Of a stretch of DNA of 64,000 bases, positions 13,654 through 25,853 are shown piece after piece. The stretch comes from Paramecium tetraurelia (lineage: Eukaryota), in the NCBI GenBank assembly GCA_000165425.1, contig CT868678.1:62001-126000 (forward strand), given 5' to 3'. The first letter of the stretch is position 1, and the number at the start of each line of letters is the position of its first letter. A program made the position numbers and the translations under genes. Under the pieces are notes generated by a model. That model made no database searches. It had not been told where the DNA came from and saw nothing but the letters and a program-made list of their open reading frames with translations.

Positions 13654-14664
13654 TCATAATTAGCTTTAAAATGACATTTCCCTTGTGAACTTTATAGGTG
13701 GCTCCTCAAAAGATTGATCTTGCTTTAATTAAGGTAGCTGCTGCTGTTACTGTTGTTATTGTTTGACTTCTTATGTCTCATTCAACAACTGTTTTTTCTT
13801 GTTTATTTATTTCTCTATGTTCTATTGAGCCAAAAACTAATCAAAAGGCTTATCACTATACATTTCCTAGACCATATTTGGAATTACGTCTATGTATTTA
13901 ATCTATATTGACAAATGGTTTATGTACCTTCTGATCTTGGTTAGTTATTTTGTTATATTGGATGATCTATAGGACTGCTTCGTTCTGCAAAAATTCAAGG
14001 AATAATTCTTTTATTTTTTTCTTTTGCTTCTATTATTCGTTGTTATCATTCTTATCAATCTAAAAACATCTTTTGATAGAGTTAATTGCTTACTTATGAA
14101 AATCCCCTAACTCATATCTTCCCTATTTTGATTTTTTATTCGACTTTAATTGATGTAAAAATGTACTAACATCATCTTCTTTTAAAATTTTCGCCCACTT
14201 TTTGAATCTCCCCATAAAAAAATGAGGAATGCGTCTTAATTTGATTCAGATTGTTACCTGTAAAAATCCTGCGTTTCCTTCACTTCATTCGGTTATTAAG
14301 ACTATTGTTCTTGTGGTTATTGAGACAATTGAGCTCCACTTTTTTCATCTGAAGCAGATGATGATCCATCATCTTCCTATTATTCAAATTGGGGATTAGA
14401 CTCTTAAACCATTCCCTGATTTGACTCAACTTGACCATGGATCGTATCGTTTAGTTCTGCTAAAAATTGCTTTGCTTATTAAAGTTGACTGAGGAAAGTT
14501 TCATCCACTTCCAATTGATATTTCCCTTTGCTTTTCGAAATCAGTTTCATCTTCTTCATCATTGCAGGAGCTGCAATCACTTACTTCTTGATTTAAGTCC
14601 TTGTTTATTTTGCTCCTAAATAAGAATAATTTGTAAAACCTTTTTTATTACTAAAGTTGCTCAT
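13654..14664 (-). CDS. Hypothetical protein (charged, Q-rich)
   Basis: Reading frame open in the ciliate code at both ends (ATG 14664, TGA 13654-13656); probable 24-nt first intron; no recognised domain. Confidence 0.65.
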
Positions 14665-15362
14665 TATTTAATATTATTTATACAATTATTCCATATAATT
14701 TAAGATATGAACTTCATACTTCTAAAAAATCATATTTCATAATATTATCAAATTTAAAAATTCTAAAAATCCTAGAAACATTTTTAACCTCAGGCAGAAA
14801 ACACATTTAAATATAGAAAGTGTAATCCTCCACCTGATTTTGATACTACTAGGAAGTCTGTAAGATTGAAAGAATTACAACTTGAAGGTTTAAATTATCA
14901 TTCGAAAATAAATTTATTTAATAATTTACATTTATTTATACTAAAATCAAACATAATAAATTACTATTAGAATAGATATACTTCATCTAATTCTCATTCC
15001 CCCTCTCTTTTATTAATAAAAATATCTTCTTCTTTGTCTATTGCTGACGTAACTTATATGTAGGTTTAGTATTACTTTATTTAAAGAATATGATAAAAAG
15101 TAATCATATTACAAAATCTGGAATAGTAAATTCTTCCCTTTCGAAGAAATTTGGTCTAAAAAAATCGTTAGTTACGAGATGAAGTTGAATACTTTTAAAT
15201 TGCGTGGATGGGATTATTGCTTTGTACTTTTTCGTTTATAGTTGTTTATTTCTTAAAATATAAAGTTTAGGAGAATGTTGATAAGAGAGTAGTTGTTGCA
15301 AATGAGCAAGGAGGAGAAAAATAATATAAATCTAATTAATTGATTAATCCTTGAATAACTAA

Positions 15363-15675
15363 TCATTTCTTAACTTGCTTCTTTGGGGCCTTCTTATTGT
15401 TTTTCTTGGGTGCTGGCTTTTTAGAACCTGCAGCCCTTTGGCTTAGCTCCTCCTTTCTTGCCTTGCTTTTTTGGTGTAGTGGCAGCAACTGGTGTTGAGG
15501 TGGCTGGTGCAGGGTTGGAGTAGTTGTCACTGGGGCTGGTGCTGGAGTAGCATCAGTTCGGTTTTTTAGTAACTTTCTTGACATGCTTAGTAGCTTCTAC
15601 TATAAGTTATATATTTGACTTGGGTGGTGTTGTCTTTTTGGTTCCTTTATTTCCTTTTGGTGCTGCTTTTGCCAT
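15363..15675 (-). pseudogene. Small Lys/Ala/Pro/Thr-rich histone H1-like gene with three apparent frameshifts (pseudogene or sequence errors)
   Basis: MAKAAPKGNKGTKKTTPPK...TKHVKKVTKK / TDATPAPAPVTTTP / PAPATSTPVAATTPKKQGKKGGAKPK / AAGSKKPAPKKNNKKAPKKQVKK*. Blocks alternate between two frames, and the ATG frame meets TGA at 15553-15555. Confidence 0.6.
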
Positions 15676-16131
15676 TTTATTTATGTTTTCTTATTTTTAT
15701 TATTAAGTTTTTTTCTCCTAAGCTTTAAATTCGAATTATAAAATTTCGTTAATTTCATTGGTTTATTTGATAACATTTTGGATAATGATATTGCTCTACT
15801 TTAATTGTCAAATAGGTAATTGTGCACATCCTCTTCCTCATAAGGTATTTTAAACATCAAATAATTTCAAAATTCTGCCTACTAGAGCACATCAAAATGT
15901 GATTAATTTGGATCAATTTAGCACTTACAGCAGAGAATTCACTTCTAAAAACACTTTTCAATGCTTATTAAATGATAATCTTGAGAAATTATTGGGTTTC
16001 TATCGATAATTCAAATTTGAAACAGAATTTTAAAAAAAGGAATTTTTACAAAAAAAGTAATAATAAATTATTTTTTATTTATTTTTTTTTTCAATTTTAA
16101 TAATTTAATAATTTTAATAAAATGCTATATA

Positions 16132-18467
16132 TCAACTAACTTTGGTACTCCTCCTAGTAATCAAGAATCTCTCCACCTCCTCAGCCAACTGAGGACCACC
16201 GCATTCCATAACAGCATTGATCACATCTGCCATATTTTATTTTCCTCCTACGACAGCTTTTTCTAATTCCGCAATTTATTGCTCAAGAGTTTGATGGCGC
16301 TAATCACTTAGTACAACAATTTTCTGTCAATTATTATATATTATGTGGTTACCTTGTTTATTTCAACCTAGTGTTGTAAACTCTCAAGTTCAACTTAATC
16401 TTTTTTACTTTGCAAGACTAATTTTTATATAAATAATATAATTTACTTAAACTTTCGTTCTCCTATTTCAAAGCAGCTATCTAGGCAATGTAATCAGTTA
16501 ATAATTTAGCTTAATCCATATTCTACATATCAGGCTACTGCAGAATTAAATTATTCTAAGCCATTAATTTCTCTATCTCTTGAGTTCTAAGTGCTATGAT
16601 TCATATTTACTTTTTTTTCAATTCAACATTCTTCTCTGCTAATTGTTATTTCAATTATTCATTTTCCTATTCTACTTAAGTATTTGAATTCTTAATTTGT
16701 TCACTTTGATCTTAAGAGTGTCTGCCTTTCTCAAACAATTCCTTCTCTAAATGTGCTATTCTAATCTTATTTTATTTAATTTCTTCAATTTTACTATCCA
16801 CTTCAATTTGCTTTGTTTTAATTAGATTTTTCATTTGTTCCAGAATTTCTTAATTGCTATTTTGTCCTGACAATTAAGAAGCCTTGATGAAACTATCATT
16901 CTGAACCAACTAAATCGCTTACTGAGCTCTTTATAATTCCTTTTCTAGATTCTCTATTTCTCTCTTTTTATTCTCATTATCTCTCTTTTGGCACTCCAAA
17001 TCATATGATTGATTATCAAGGCCTTTCTTAAATTGTTCTGCCTCTCTTTTAATTTAAGCATTCTCTCTTTTAGTTACTTCCAAGTCCTTTTTCCATAATT
17101 CAGCTTCCTTCTTATAGAATTCAATTTCTTTAGACTTTTGATCTAACTCTCTTTTTAAATGGTCTGTTTCCTTGTTGACCAATAAAGAATGACTTGAACT
17201 ATTGTTGAAGCTCTTAACCTATATTCTTTAATATTCATTTCTTAGATTGCTATAAGTTTCAGATAACAAATTAAAAGCAGCTTCACTTTTGATTTGTTGA
17301 TCCTTTAAACCTTAATTTTCATTGGTTAATTTTTAAATCTAATTTTTTAATTAAGCATTCTCTTATTGTAACTATGACAATTATTATCTCCATTAAGTGG
17401 AATCTACCTCTGTATCCAATTATTTGCTTGACAATGTCAAACCTCCATCGATTTAAGTGGGTCTCGTCCCAAAATTCTCTTGAAAGTCTCCTTTCTTGGA
17501 CAGGGGTTTAGGTTTAGTTGAGCCTTTGAGAATTTCACTCTATTCGTTGGGTGACGTAGCAGACAAGACTTCGTTTCTGGTTTTAATTCTTGAATCTTAT
17601 CGATTGGGACTTTTAGAGGGGGCTCTATTGTTTGAGTTGTTTTGTGAGTCCTTGTTGAGTTATCTGAAATCTAGTGGGTTGTTATTTGAAGATTTAAGAT
17701 TTTCAAATCCTCCAGTTGATTTTTAAATTTATTATTTATTTATTGGTTTATAATCTTTGGGAGTTTGAAATCTACGAGGACTCATGACTCGAACTTCAGG
17801 TTTGCGAATTTCTTCAAATTTTTCATCCTCCATTTGTCCTTTTTTGATGGGTTCCTTTAATTTCTTGACATACTATTCCCTGACCATTTCCTAATGATCT
17901 TTCCATTAAGTGTATGTGGCATGTACAGTTCTCTTATCGAAATGAAGTTCGTCAGCAGGTTTCTTCTATTAAGCAGTTGGTTTCTAGGGTTGTGGAGTTG
18001 GAATGGGTTGGTCTCTCATTGGACTTACTTAGCGAATTTATTTAGACTGCACTTAATCTACTTGATTCCAGGCCAAACTCATTTGAACTTGGGCTTCCGA
18101 ATCGAATTTATTCTGAATAGTAATTTTGTCAATGATAAGAGGAAGATTGTTCTCAATGTAAAAGCCTAAATTAATGGTTGCTTCTCCAAAGATGGTCTAA
18201 CCATCGTAAAAGTAGAGTTTCAACTACAAATATATGCAAATATCCAATACATTGCCTTTCTCGACATATTACACATTTAATTCAATTTTTTCCCAAATTT
18301 CTTGAATTTCTTTGCATTTGCATCTGACTTTTGAGTCCAAAGCGGAAGTGGAGAAGGCTAAGCATAGAGATGTGATCAATACAATCGCTTAATTTAATAG
18401 AGCATGATTCGAGTGAGGAGCCGATGAAAAATTGGATTGTCTAGACTTCTATATCAAGATGTAGCAT
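16132..18467 (-). CDS. Protein with an N-terminal NT-C2-like domain and a long coiled coil
   Basis: N-terminal beta-rich segment LKLYFYDGQTIFGEATINLGFYIE resembles NT-C2, followed by an S/P-rich linker and extended E/K/Q heptads. Several tiny introns; TGA 16132-16134. Confidence 0.7.
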
Positions 18468-18597
18468 TTTGAAATAAAATATGTTATTTTATTAATTAAT
18501 AACTCGACTAAAAATTATAAAAGACACCTATTGAAAATTTGAGTGTCATTCTAATAAAGTGCATTCAATAGACACTCAGGAGAATAATAATATATAA

Positions 18598-19387
18598 ATG
18601 CCATTTAAATTTCATAAATTAAAACAATTCTTCATGTCTGCCAAACCACAAAATCTTGACGACGGTAGTTTGATACTCAATCCAAAAGCAGCACACAAAT
18701 ATTCCCTGATATGGGTAGCAGAATTAATCATAACATTTAGATGCATGGTTTAGGAGATACTGCATATGGATTTTTAGATGTCTTTTAGCAATTCCCAGTA
18801 GTAAAAGCAGAAACCAAAGTGCTCTTGCTTCAAGCTCCATAAAGAGCAGTGACAATAAATATGGGAATGAAATTCTCAAGTTGGTTTGATATCAAAGTGC
18901 TTAAGACAAATGCGAATGTTGAACAATTCATTTAAAATTTTCAGGATGTAATGACTAACGAATATTATAGACTGTTTCAATGGAAGAAATACAAGATTCT
19001 AAAAAAATTGTCACAAATTATTTGGACCAAGAAGTGAAATTAGTTTCATCTAAAAATGTATTCATCGGTGGATTTTCTTAAGGATGCTGTATGGCTTTGG
19101 AAACAGCCTTCAGCTATCCATAACCATTAGGAGGAATAGTGGGTTTGTCTGGTTATTTATTCCCAACCACTTAAATTAATGATGTCCAAAAAGAGACCCC
19201 CATAGTTCTCGTTCACGGCGAATAAGATCAGATGATTCCATGCAATTTATCAAAGATAAGCTATTAGAGATTGGACAACTCAAAGAGGCAAATGTTTAAT
19301 CATCATGTAATTCCAAAGATGGGTCATGAAGTTCCAATGCCTGTTATTAAGGTGATGTTAGATTTCTTCTAGAATGCATAGAAATGA
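18598..19387 (+). CDS. Acyl-protein thioesterase / phospholipase-carboxylesterase (alpha/beta hydrolase)
   Basis: IW-MHGLGD, SWFDI, nucleophile elbow GGFSQG, HGEQDQMIP and MGHE catalytic His. Two introns; TGA 19385-19387. Confidence 0.92.
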
Positions 19388-19461
19388 TAGGAATCATTCT
19401 TGAACAATTTATCATTAATAAAAAGAATAAGCAATTCATATATTAGTTTCTGATTCTTAAT

Positions 19462-20150
19462 TCATTTTTAAGCTTGATATTATCTCGCTTCTACATCCTT
19501 CCAATTTACGATCTTCCATATTTCCATATGTTCGCCAAGAAATTTGGTCTTACATTCTTGTAATACTGCCGATAGGTGTATTCCCAAACATCAATTGCTA
19601 ATCATATAAATTTCTGAATCCATTATTAAAATTGGTGTAAGACCATAGTTTTATGGAATTTCTAAGTTGGGAAGTTTCAAATATCTCAATTTCTTCGATT
19701 GCTAATCAACTCCCAAGAATTCACATCCACTGCCTGGAATTGCTGCAGTTCTAGTATTGAAGAAAGTCTTGAGAATTATCAACATTTCCCCAATTTTTAT
19801 TGACTATTAGACTAAAGCGTTGTTTGCATCAGGTAATTGTCCTCCCCCGTTTTTAATTGGTGTTCTGCATTATAAGTTAAATAAACATACAAGTTCTCCC
19901 AAAACAAACTATGATTCAAATGACCACCCAAATTGAATTTGATAATGTCTTGGACTTTGGCAATCCTTTAGAATTCATTCTTTGCTAAAACACTTCCAAT
20001 TACTTTTATGCAGCATTAAGATTTTTGATATAAGCTAAATGATGTTTGGAATGATGAAATTCAAGAAGTGTTACACTCAATTACTGGTTCTAGATCTCAG
20101 TATCCATACTTAAGAGCAGGTAATGAGTGAGCGTTGAGAGTGCCAAAGAA
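19462..20150 (-). pseudogene. Fe/Mn superoxide dismutase pseudogene
   Basis: [68 protein letters not shown]. In-frame TGA at 20097-20099, several frameshifts and no start codon seen. Confidence 0.88.
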
Positions 20151-20214
20151 AATTTAAGAATTTATAAAAAATTACATAAAATTATTTTATAGATGTGATT
20201 TTTGTGTTTATAAT

Positions 20215-23200
20215 TCATTGATAAAAATTCTCGTATTTCTTTAAAATTTCATCAAATTCCACATAATTGAATTCAATACCCTAGTAAGCAAATCTATAGG
20301 TTATAAAATATAATTGGTTACCTTTTGCAAATGACTCTAAATTAATCATCAGTTAATGGCAATTTATGAAAATCCATAATAGATCTAAATCGAGTAAAAG
20401 TAATCTTTCCAGATTTAGTTTTGTCCTATAAAATGTGAATGACATACATTACCTTATCTTGGAAGTGAGGTTTGAGTAGGATTCTATGTTTTTTAACGAC
20501 TTCCCCCAATCTTAACATAATAGTATGCAAGGCCTCCTCTTCTTCTGAAGTTAAGGCATCTCTTGGATCAAGGAAAGTTGGAATAACATGGACAGGAGGT
20601 TTCATCAATGGATCTTTATCCAATCCCTTTGTTAAATTAGTAAATATGGATTCTTACAGATTTTGTAAATACAATTTCAACATCCTCAATGAATTTAGCG
20701 TAATTCACTCTAATGGGATCTTCTGGTACAACATACATGGTTTCTAATAGGTCTAAACTCTCTTGATCCAAATCTATCTTCATTTGACTCAACACTCCTC
20801 TAAATTTATTGGTAGGCATCAATCCTTTTCTTAGAGGATCAAAATCTTTGAAATAATCACCCAATCTCAATCTTTTGATCTTAACAGCCACTTTAATTTA
20901 TTCTAAGAGTACAGATGGTTGTAACTAAATAAACTTATTATTATATATACTTTTTCTTTCTCTTTTGGTTTTACTCCCACATATGCTTGAGATGCCCCTG
21001 ATTCTGTTTATATTTCCAAGGGAGGTTGAGTATCATTGATAAACTAAACATATCTAATATCTCCATCATCTTCAGCAGCATATATTTTGACAACTGCTTA
21101 GAATTCTTCATCAGATAAAATGAAATTGACGGTGGCCAAGGTCTATCTGAATTACTTAGGAGACACTTTGTTCCTACCCAACTTATCCCAATCTTAGAAA
21201 AACTATTTGATATCCAGTCTAGTAGCTTTGCAGAAATATTAAAATTTCTTCTTTATAACTTCAGCCACTTATCGATCTCTCTCTGTTATTGAAACTCTAC
21301 CATAATTATATTAGGTTGACATCAGAGGCACATCCTCTGAAGGACTGACTTTTTCAAGATTCTTAGTTGTGAAAACCTAATCCACTTAATCAGTGAAATC
21401 TTTCCAATAAACAAAGTTTAGTTTGTCTTTGCATCCAAAGTTCTATAGAATCAATTGGAATTCAGCATCAGACAATAGAATCTTGGCCATGCTTAAGCCT
21501 TTTCTTAATTGAGTGACAGTAATGGTTCCACTTCTTAATTTGTCGAAATCTTTAAGGAATTCTGCAACTCTTTGTCTCTATTCCTTAACTATTCTTCTTA
21601 ATTTAGCCATAAGATCTTCAAAATCATTTGGTTAATCATTTCTGATGAATGCTTAACTAACATTGTCTGACTTAACATAGTTTTTGAATGCGTCTGCATG
21701 AGATCTACTTATAGCAACACCTTCATCAGATTGATCAACTATTCTACAGAAATCATAGTAATTGACTTCATTTAAATTGGCTTTATCAACAAATCTTTTC
21801 AATAGTAAATTCAATGATACAGGGTCTGGGAATAAGTTGAATTAATTAAGAATTCTTAAGAATTGATTAGTGGTGATGTACCCTTACTTGGTCTTATCAA
21901 AATCTTCGAAGACTGGTTTCAAGAGAACTCGTTTATTTTGAATGGCTTGTTTATATTTCATCAATAATTCATCCAATTAAATGGCTTCTTACTCTGTCAT
22001 TTATAAATATCTCCTTCTAGCTGGTAGTGTAGTTGTATCATCAATCTAAGGAACTTAGGCTTAAGGAGATTTATCGATTCCCTTGATAGTGAAAATCTTA
22101 TCGACATCTTCACAGAATTGATTGTAATCTACCTGACCATTGGGAATGCTGTCAATTTTATAGTGATTCAATAGTATGGTTATTTCCTTTTCAGTAACAG
22201 GAATGTTTTGAAGATGCAATATTCTAGCAAACTAACATCAATAATCATAGCATACTTGAGATTCAGTAACTAGTCCTTTTCTCAAGGGATCAAAGTCCTT
22301 GTAGAACTCCCTGATTCTGATTCTCTTCATAACTACATCTCCTTAAATCTTCTTCAATACCTATTCCAAGGTGTTGATGTTATCAGTTAATTTCTTGGAA
22401 GTAAACAAAGTAGAAATCAAATCAAGTCCTTCTTTGTCTTCAATGAAATCATCATCAGGATGAACCTACATAATCAATGAGTATTACTTCTTTTGGATTA
22501 TGCTTAATACCAGTGATAACACCACTTAGCATTTCTTGGACATTATCAACATCATCACAAAATTTAACATAATTGACTTCCTTAGGATTTCCATTATCAA
22601 TGTATTATCTGATAAGCAATTACAAATATTAATCCTTAGGTAGTAATCCTAATTAATTGAGCACCCTTGAAAATTGATCAATGGTGATATGGGAACAGGC
22701 AGTTCTATCAAAATCCTGGAATGGCTGTTTCAAGAATATTCGTTTGGTTGCTATTTTCCTTTTTATTGCCAACATCAATCTCTTCACGGTGTCTTCCTCA
22801 TCCTTATTGAAGATCTACAATTAGTCTATTATTCATACTTGGGGAGCCTAAAACACTTAAGCCTTAGCCTCACTATTTAAGAATTGCTCTTCAAGCTTGT
22901 TACAGAATGTGGTGTACTAGACTAATCCATCATTGAGTTTATATCTCCTAATGATTTCCTCAATTTCATCCCTTGTAAAGTGGAAATTTATCATTGACAA
23001 GGCAGATCGAAACTTATTGTTATTGATACAGTAATACCTTATCTTCTGTCACCCAACCTTTACGGAGACGATCAAAATCTGTGAAGAATTCCCTCACTCT
23101 TATTTACTTTTTGTACACTTCTTATTGTAATCTTGTCTCTATATCTTGTTGTACATAAGTTCCAACTAAACCTTTAAATGAAAGCAATTTACTTATTGAT

Positions 23201-23229
23201 TATCCTGCAGATACTAGTGCTGTAGCCAT
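20215..23229 (-). CDS. Multi-EF-hand repeat protein, CFAP115/FAP115-like microtubule inner protein
   Basis: Eight EF-hand-pair units with consensus R-x-x-F-x-D-F-D-x-x-R-x-G-x-I-T-x-x-Q-F, roughly 940 aa. ATG 23229, TGA 20215-20217, multiple tiny introns. Confidence 0.75.
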
Positions 23230-23280
23230 CTTTCAGTTATCTTTTTTACTATTTATTATATTTTATTTATTCCCAATTTC

Positions 23281-24243
23281 ATGAAAACCAAATACAATAA
23301 ATTGTCTCCATTAGATGAATCCAAATCAGCTAAATGTGAACTCCTTAATGATGACTCTCTAAAAATGAATATCTTAAAATAAAAAATCATCCATGAACGT
23401 TCTTCTGTCTTGCAAAGAGATGGAGAGTTAAGAAAAATTTCAGAAGAACTCCATAACAGAATCATGAATTAAAGACTCAATTTCAATAAACCTCTCAAGT
23501 ATGCATAATTTGTCATTCACTAACGAAAATACGACACCAAAAAGAACTCTAATGCTGTGCTAAACATAGTCAAAAAAGAATAACAATTGCAACTGGAACT
23601 ATCAAAACGAGATGTGAGTTAATTTGCAAGTTATGAACAAGAAGCAGACAAATCTCAATTGATAGATAAAATGCCATAAAATCAGAAAAAATTAAAAATG
23701 AAGTATCGAGACATTGTCAAATCAATTCTTATCAAATCTATTGCACAATCCTTTCACGATGATTCAATCAATGTCATCAATTACCATTCAAAACCAAAAT
23801 CTATATCTGTGAATGAATAGCCTGTTCTCCCCACTAATAATAATTGTGCTATTAAACCTATCGACCAATACATTCTAAACAAATTAGAAAACATTGCGTA
23901 AGATCAACTTGACAATAGTTACATGCCACCTCTTAGTCAAAATGAAATGAAAACATCCACCTAAAAGACTTCTTTGTTAAAACTCATTCCCATTACCACT
24001 GCAACTGCTGAGAGTTCAAAATTAAAAAGAATTAGATGCTAAGATGACTTTTCTAATTCTAAGCTAATCTAGGAATTCAAAAATGACAGCGGGGTTAAGA
24101 ATTATGAAATAACAAGAAAAGCTTAAGACAGAATTACGCTCTATTAAAAGATTCTTAAAATGTAAAATGAGTCAAGATCATAGAGTCAAAGTTGCTACAT
24201 CAAAAAAAAGATTGTAAATCCTATACAGAATAAGTATAATTGA
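23281..24243 (+). CDS. Hypothetical protein (320 aa, apparently intronless)
   Basis: 963-nt frame from ATG 23281 to TGA 24241-24243; head-to-head with the EF-hand gene, 51 bp apart. Confidence 0.7.
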
Positions 24244-24483
24244 CTGATTTTTTTTGATAGTATGGCAAAGTTCTATTAAATTAAATTATGGGCTTACATA
24301 AGGTTTTAAGATGTGTTCTTTTTTATTCATTTATTATTCATCTAATTTACAGACTGTTCTGATTTATAGAGGAATTCTGTAATAAGCAAAATAACAATAA
24401 GGTATTTGATATCAACTGTAATTATTACTATTATAGAATTTAGAGGGAGTGTGAATTTTATAATCTATTCACTTATATTGAAT

Positions 24484-25107
24484 TCATTTCTTTTTTTTCA
24501 TGAACGTAAACTTCTTCTTCCATTCTTCTGAAAGCCTAGGACTCAACTTTATTTCTTGGTTGACTTCAGATGTGTATTTCACAATTCTTTCTTCAAAAAT
24601 CTTGATCTCCTCATTTAATGTACTTTACGGTTTGATCTCTTTAGATTGCTTTTGCTGGTTTCTCCTATCTAATTAATTTGGATTTGGGATCTCCTGCAAT
24701 TATTGATAATCATTTGTTTGTTTCGATTAAACACTCTACTTTTACATCTTTTTACAATCTTATTAATGAATAAAATCTATCAATTTTTGTGGATAATTGC
24801 TATCGATCGTATTGTTGCTCATATTTTATGCAAATTGTTCAAATTAATCGTAGTTGAGTTCTTTCTTCCAATAAATTATTAAAATTTACTTCTTAATTTT
24901 AATACTCATTAGGCTCCCTCTAGAAATCATTGTGAAATTGTTTCTGATTCTCCCCAACTAAAATGACTTTGTAAAGTACCTTCACCAGTAGGCATTTTAG
25001 GAATTTCAGCTACCACTATCAATTTAAATAATTGTACGATCATTATGCTCTTATATTGTTGGCATAATCCTTTATTTCTCTTTTTAGTTTTGTCTCTTGC
25101 TTGACAT
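24484..25107 (-). CDS. Hypothetical protein with a basic C-terminus
   Basis: ATG 25107; GT..AG introns of 22-23 nt restore the frame; ends KKFTFMKKKK-TGA. Confidence 0.6.
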
Positions 25108-25853
25108 TAAATCCCTTATAATTTGATAATTAATTATTGATGATCAAATATATTAAAAAACCTAATTTCATTCTATTCATATCATAGTATATAAATTACC
25201 TAAATCAGAAAACAATATTTATTTATTTAATCCAGAAATTATGTTTCTAATTTATCCTCATTATTATACAATATGATCATCAATTGATCATAATACAACT
25301 GGTTAAACTAAAAAAATATCATTAATAATGAATATCTTTTCAATTCTAACAAATAAAAATTACCTGAAAAGAGAAGTAAGAATTTCCTTTTCAATTTTTA
25401 CTCCATTTAGAATTCAATCTCTCAACTTGATTCTCAAATAGCACCTTATTGAATACCAAATAAAAGTAATTAAATAAATAATATAGTGATTGCTAAAAGG
25501 ACAAAATAAAATACTTGATTAAATAATCAAAAGAAAAATATTAGATCAATAGCCAGATTATATTCAATTCTCTGTTTAGTATCTTTTTATAATAGTCAGA
25601 AAAAGATATATTTCGAGTAATTTTATATATAATGAATTGATAAACAATTTTAAGTTATAATTATAATTTTGGATTAAAAAATAAAATAACGTTTCTTGAC
25701 CTTCTTTATGATCAATAATCTAATATAATAATTCAATTTGTCCATTAATACTCTCAATGATATCTTTAAAATCTTTAATTTCAAATATTAATTAAATTTT
25801 GTTATGATATAATTCACTTCATAGGAATATTTATAATAAAAAGATGAATAAAA

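Noticed and set aside
15781..15960. Coding-like fragment (minus strand MFKIPYEEEDVHNYLFD) and a 7-bp inverted repeat
   Set aside because: Too short, interrupted by TGA and without recognisable homology; could be chance.
20097..20099. In-frame TGA in the SOD locus as possible selenocysteine or readthrough
   Set aside because: It is accompanied by frameshifts and loss of a metal ligand, and is not at a Cys position; pseudogenisation explains it.
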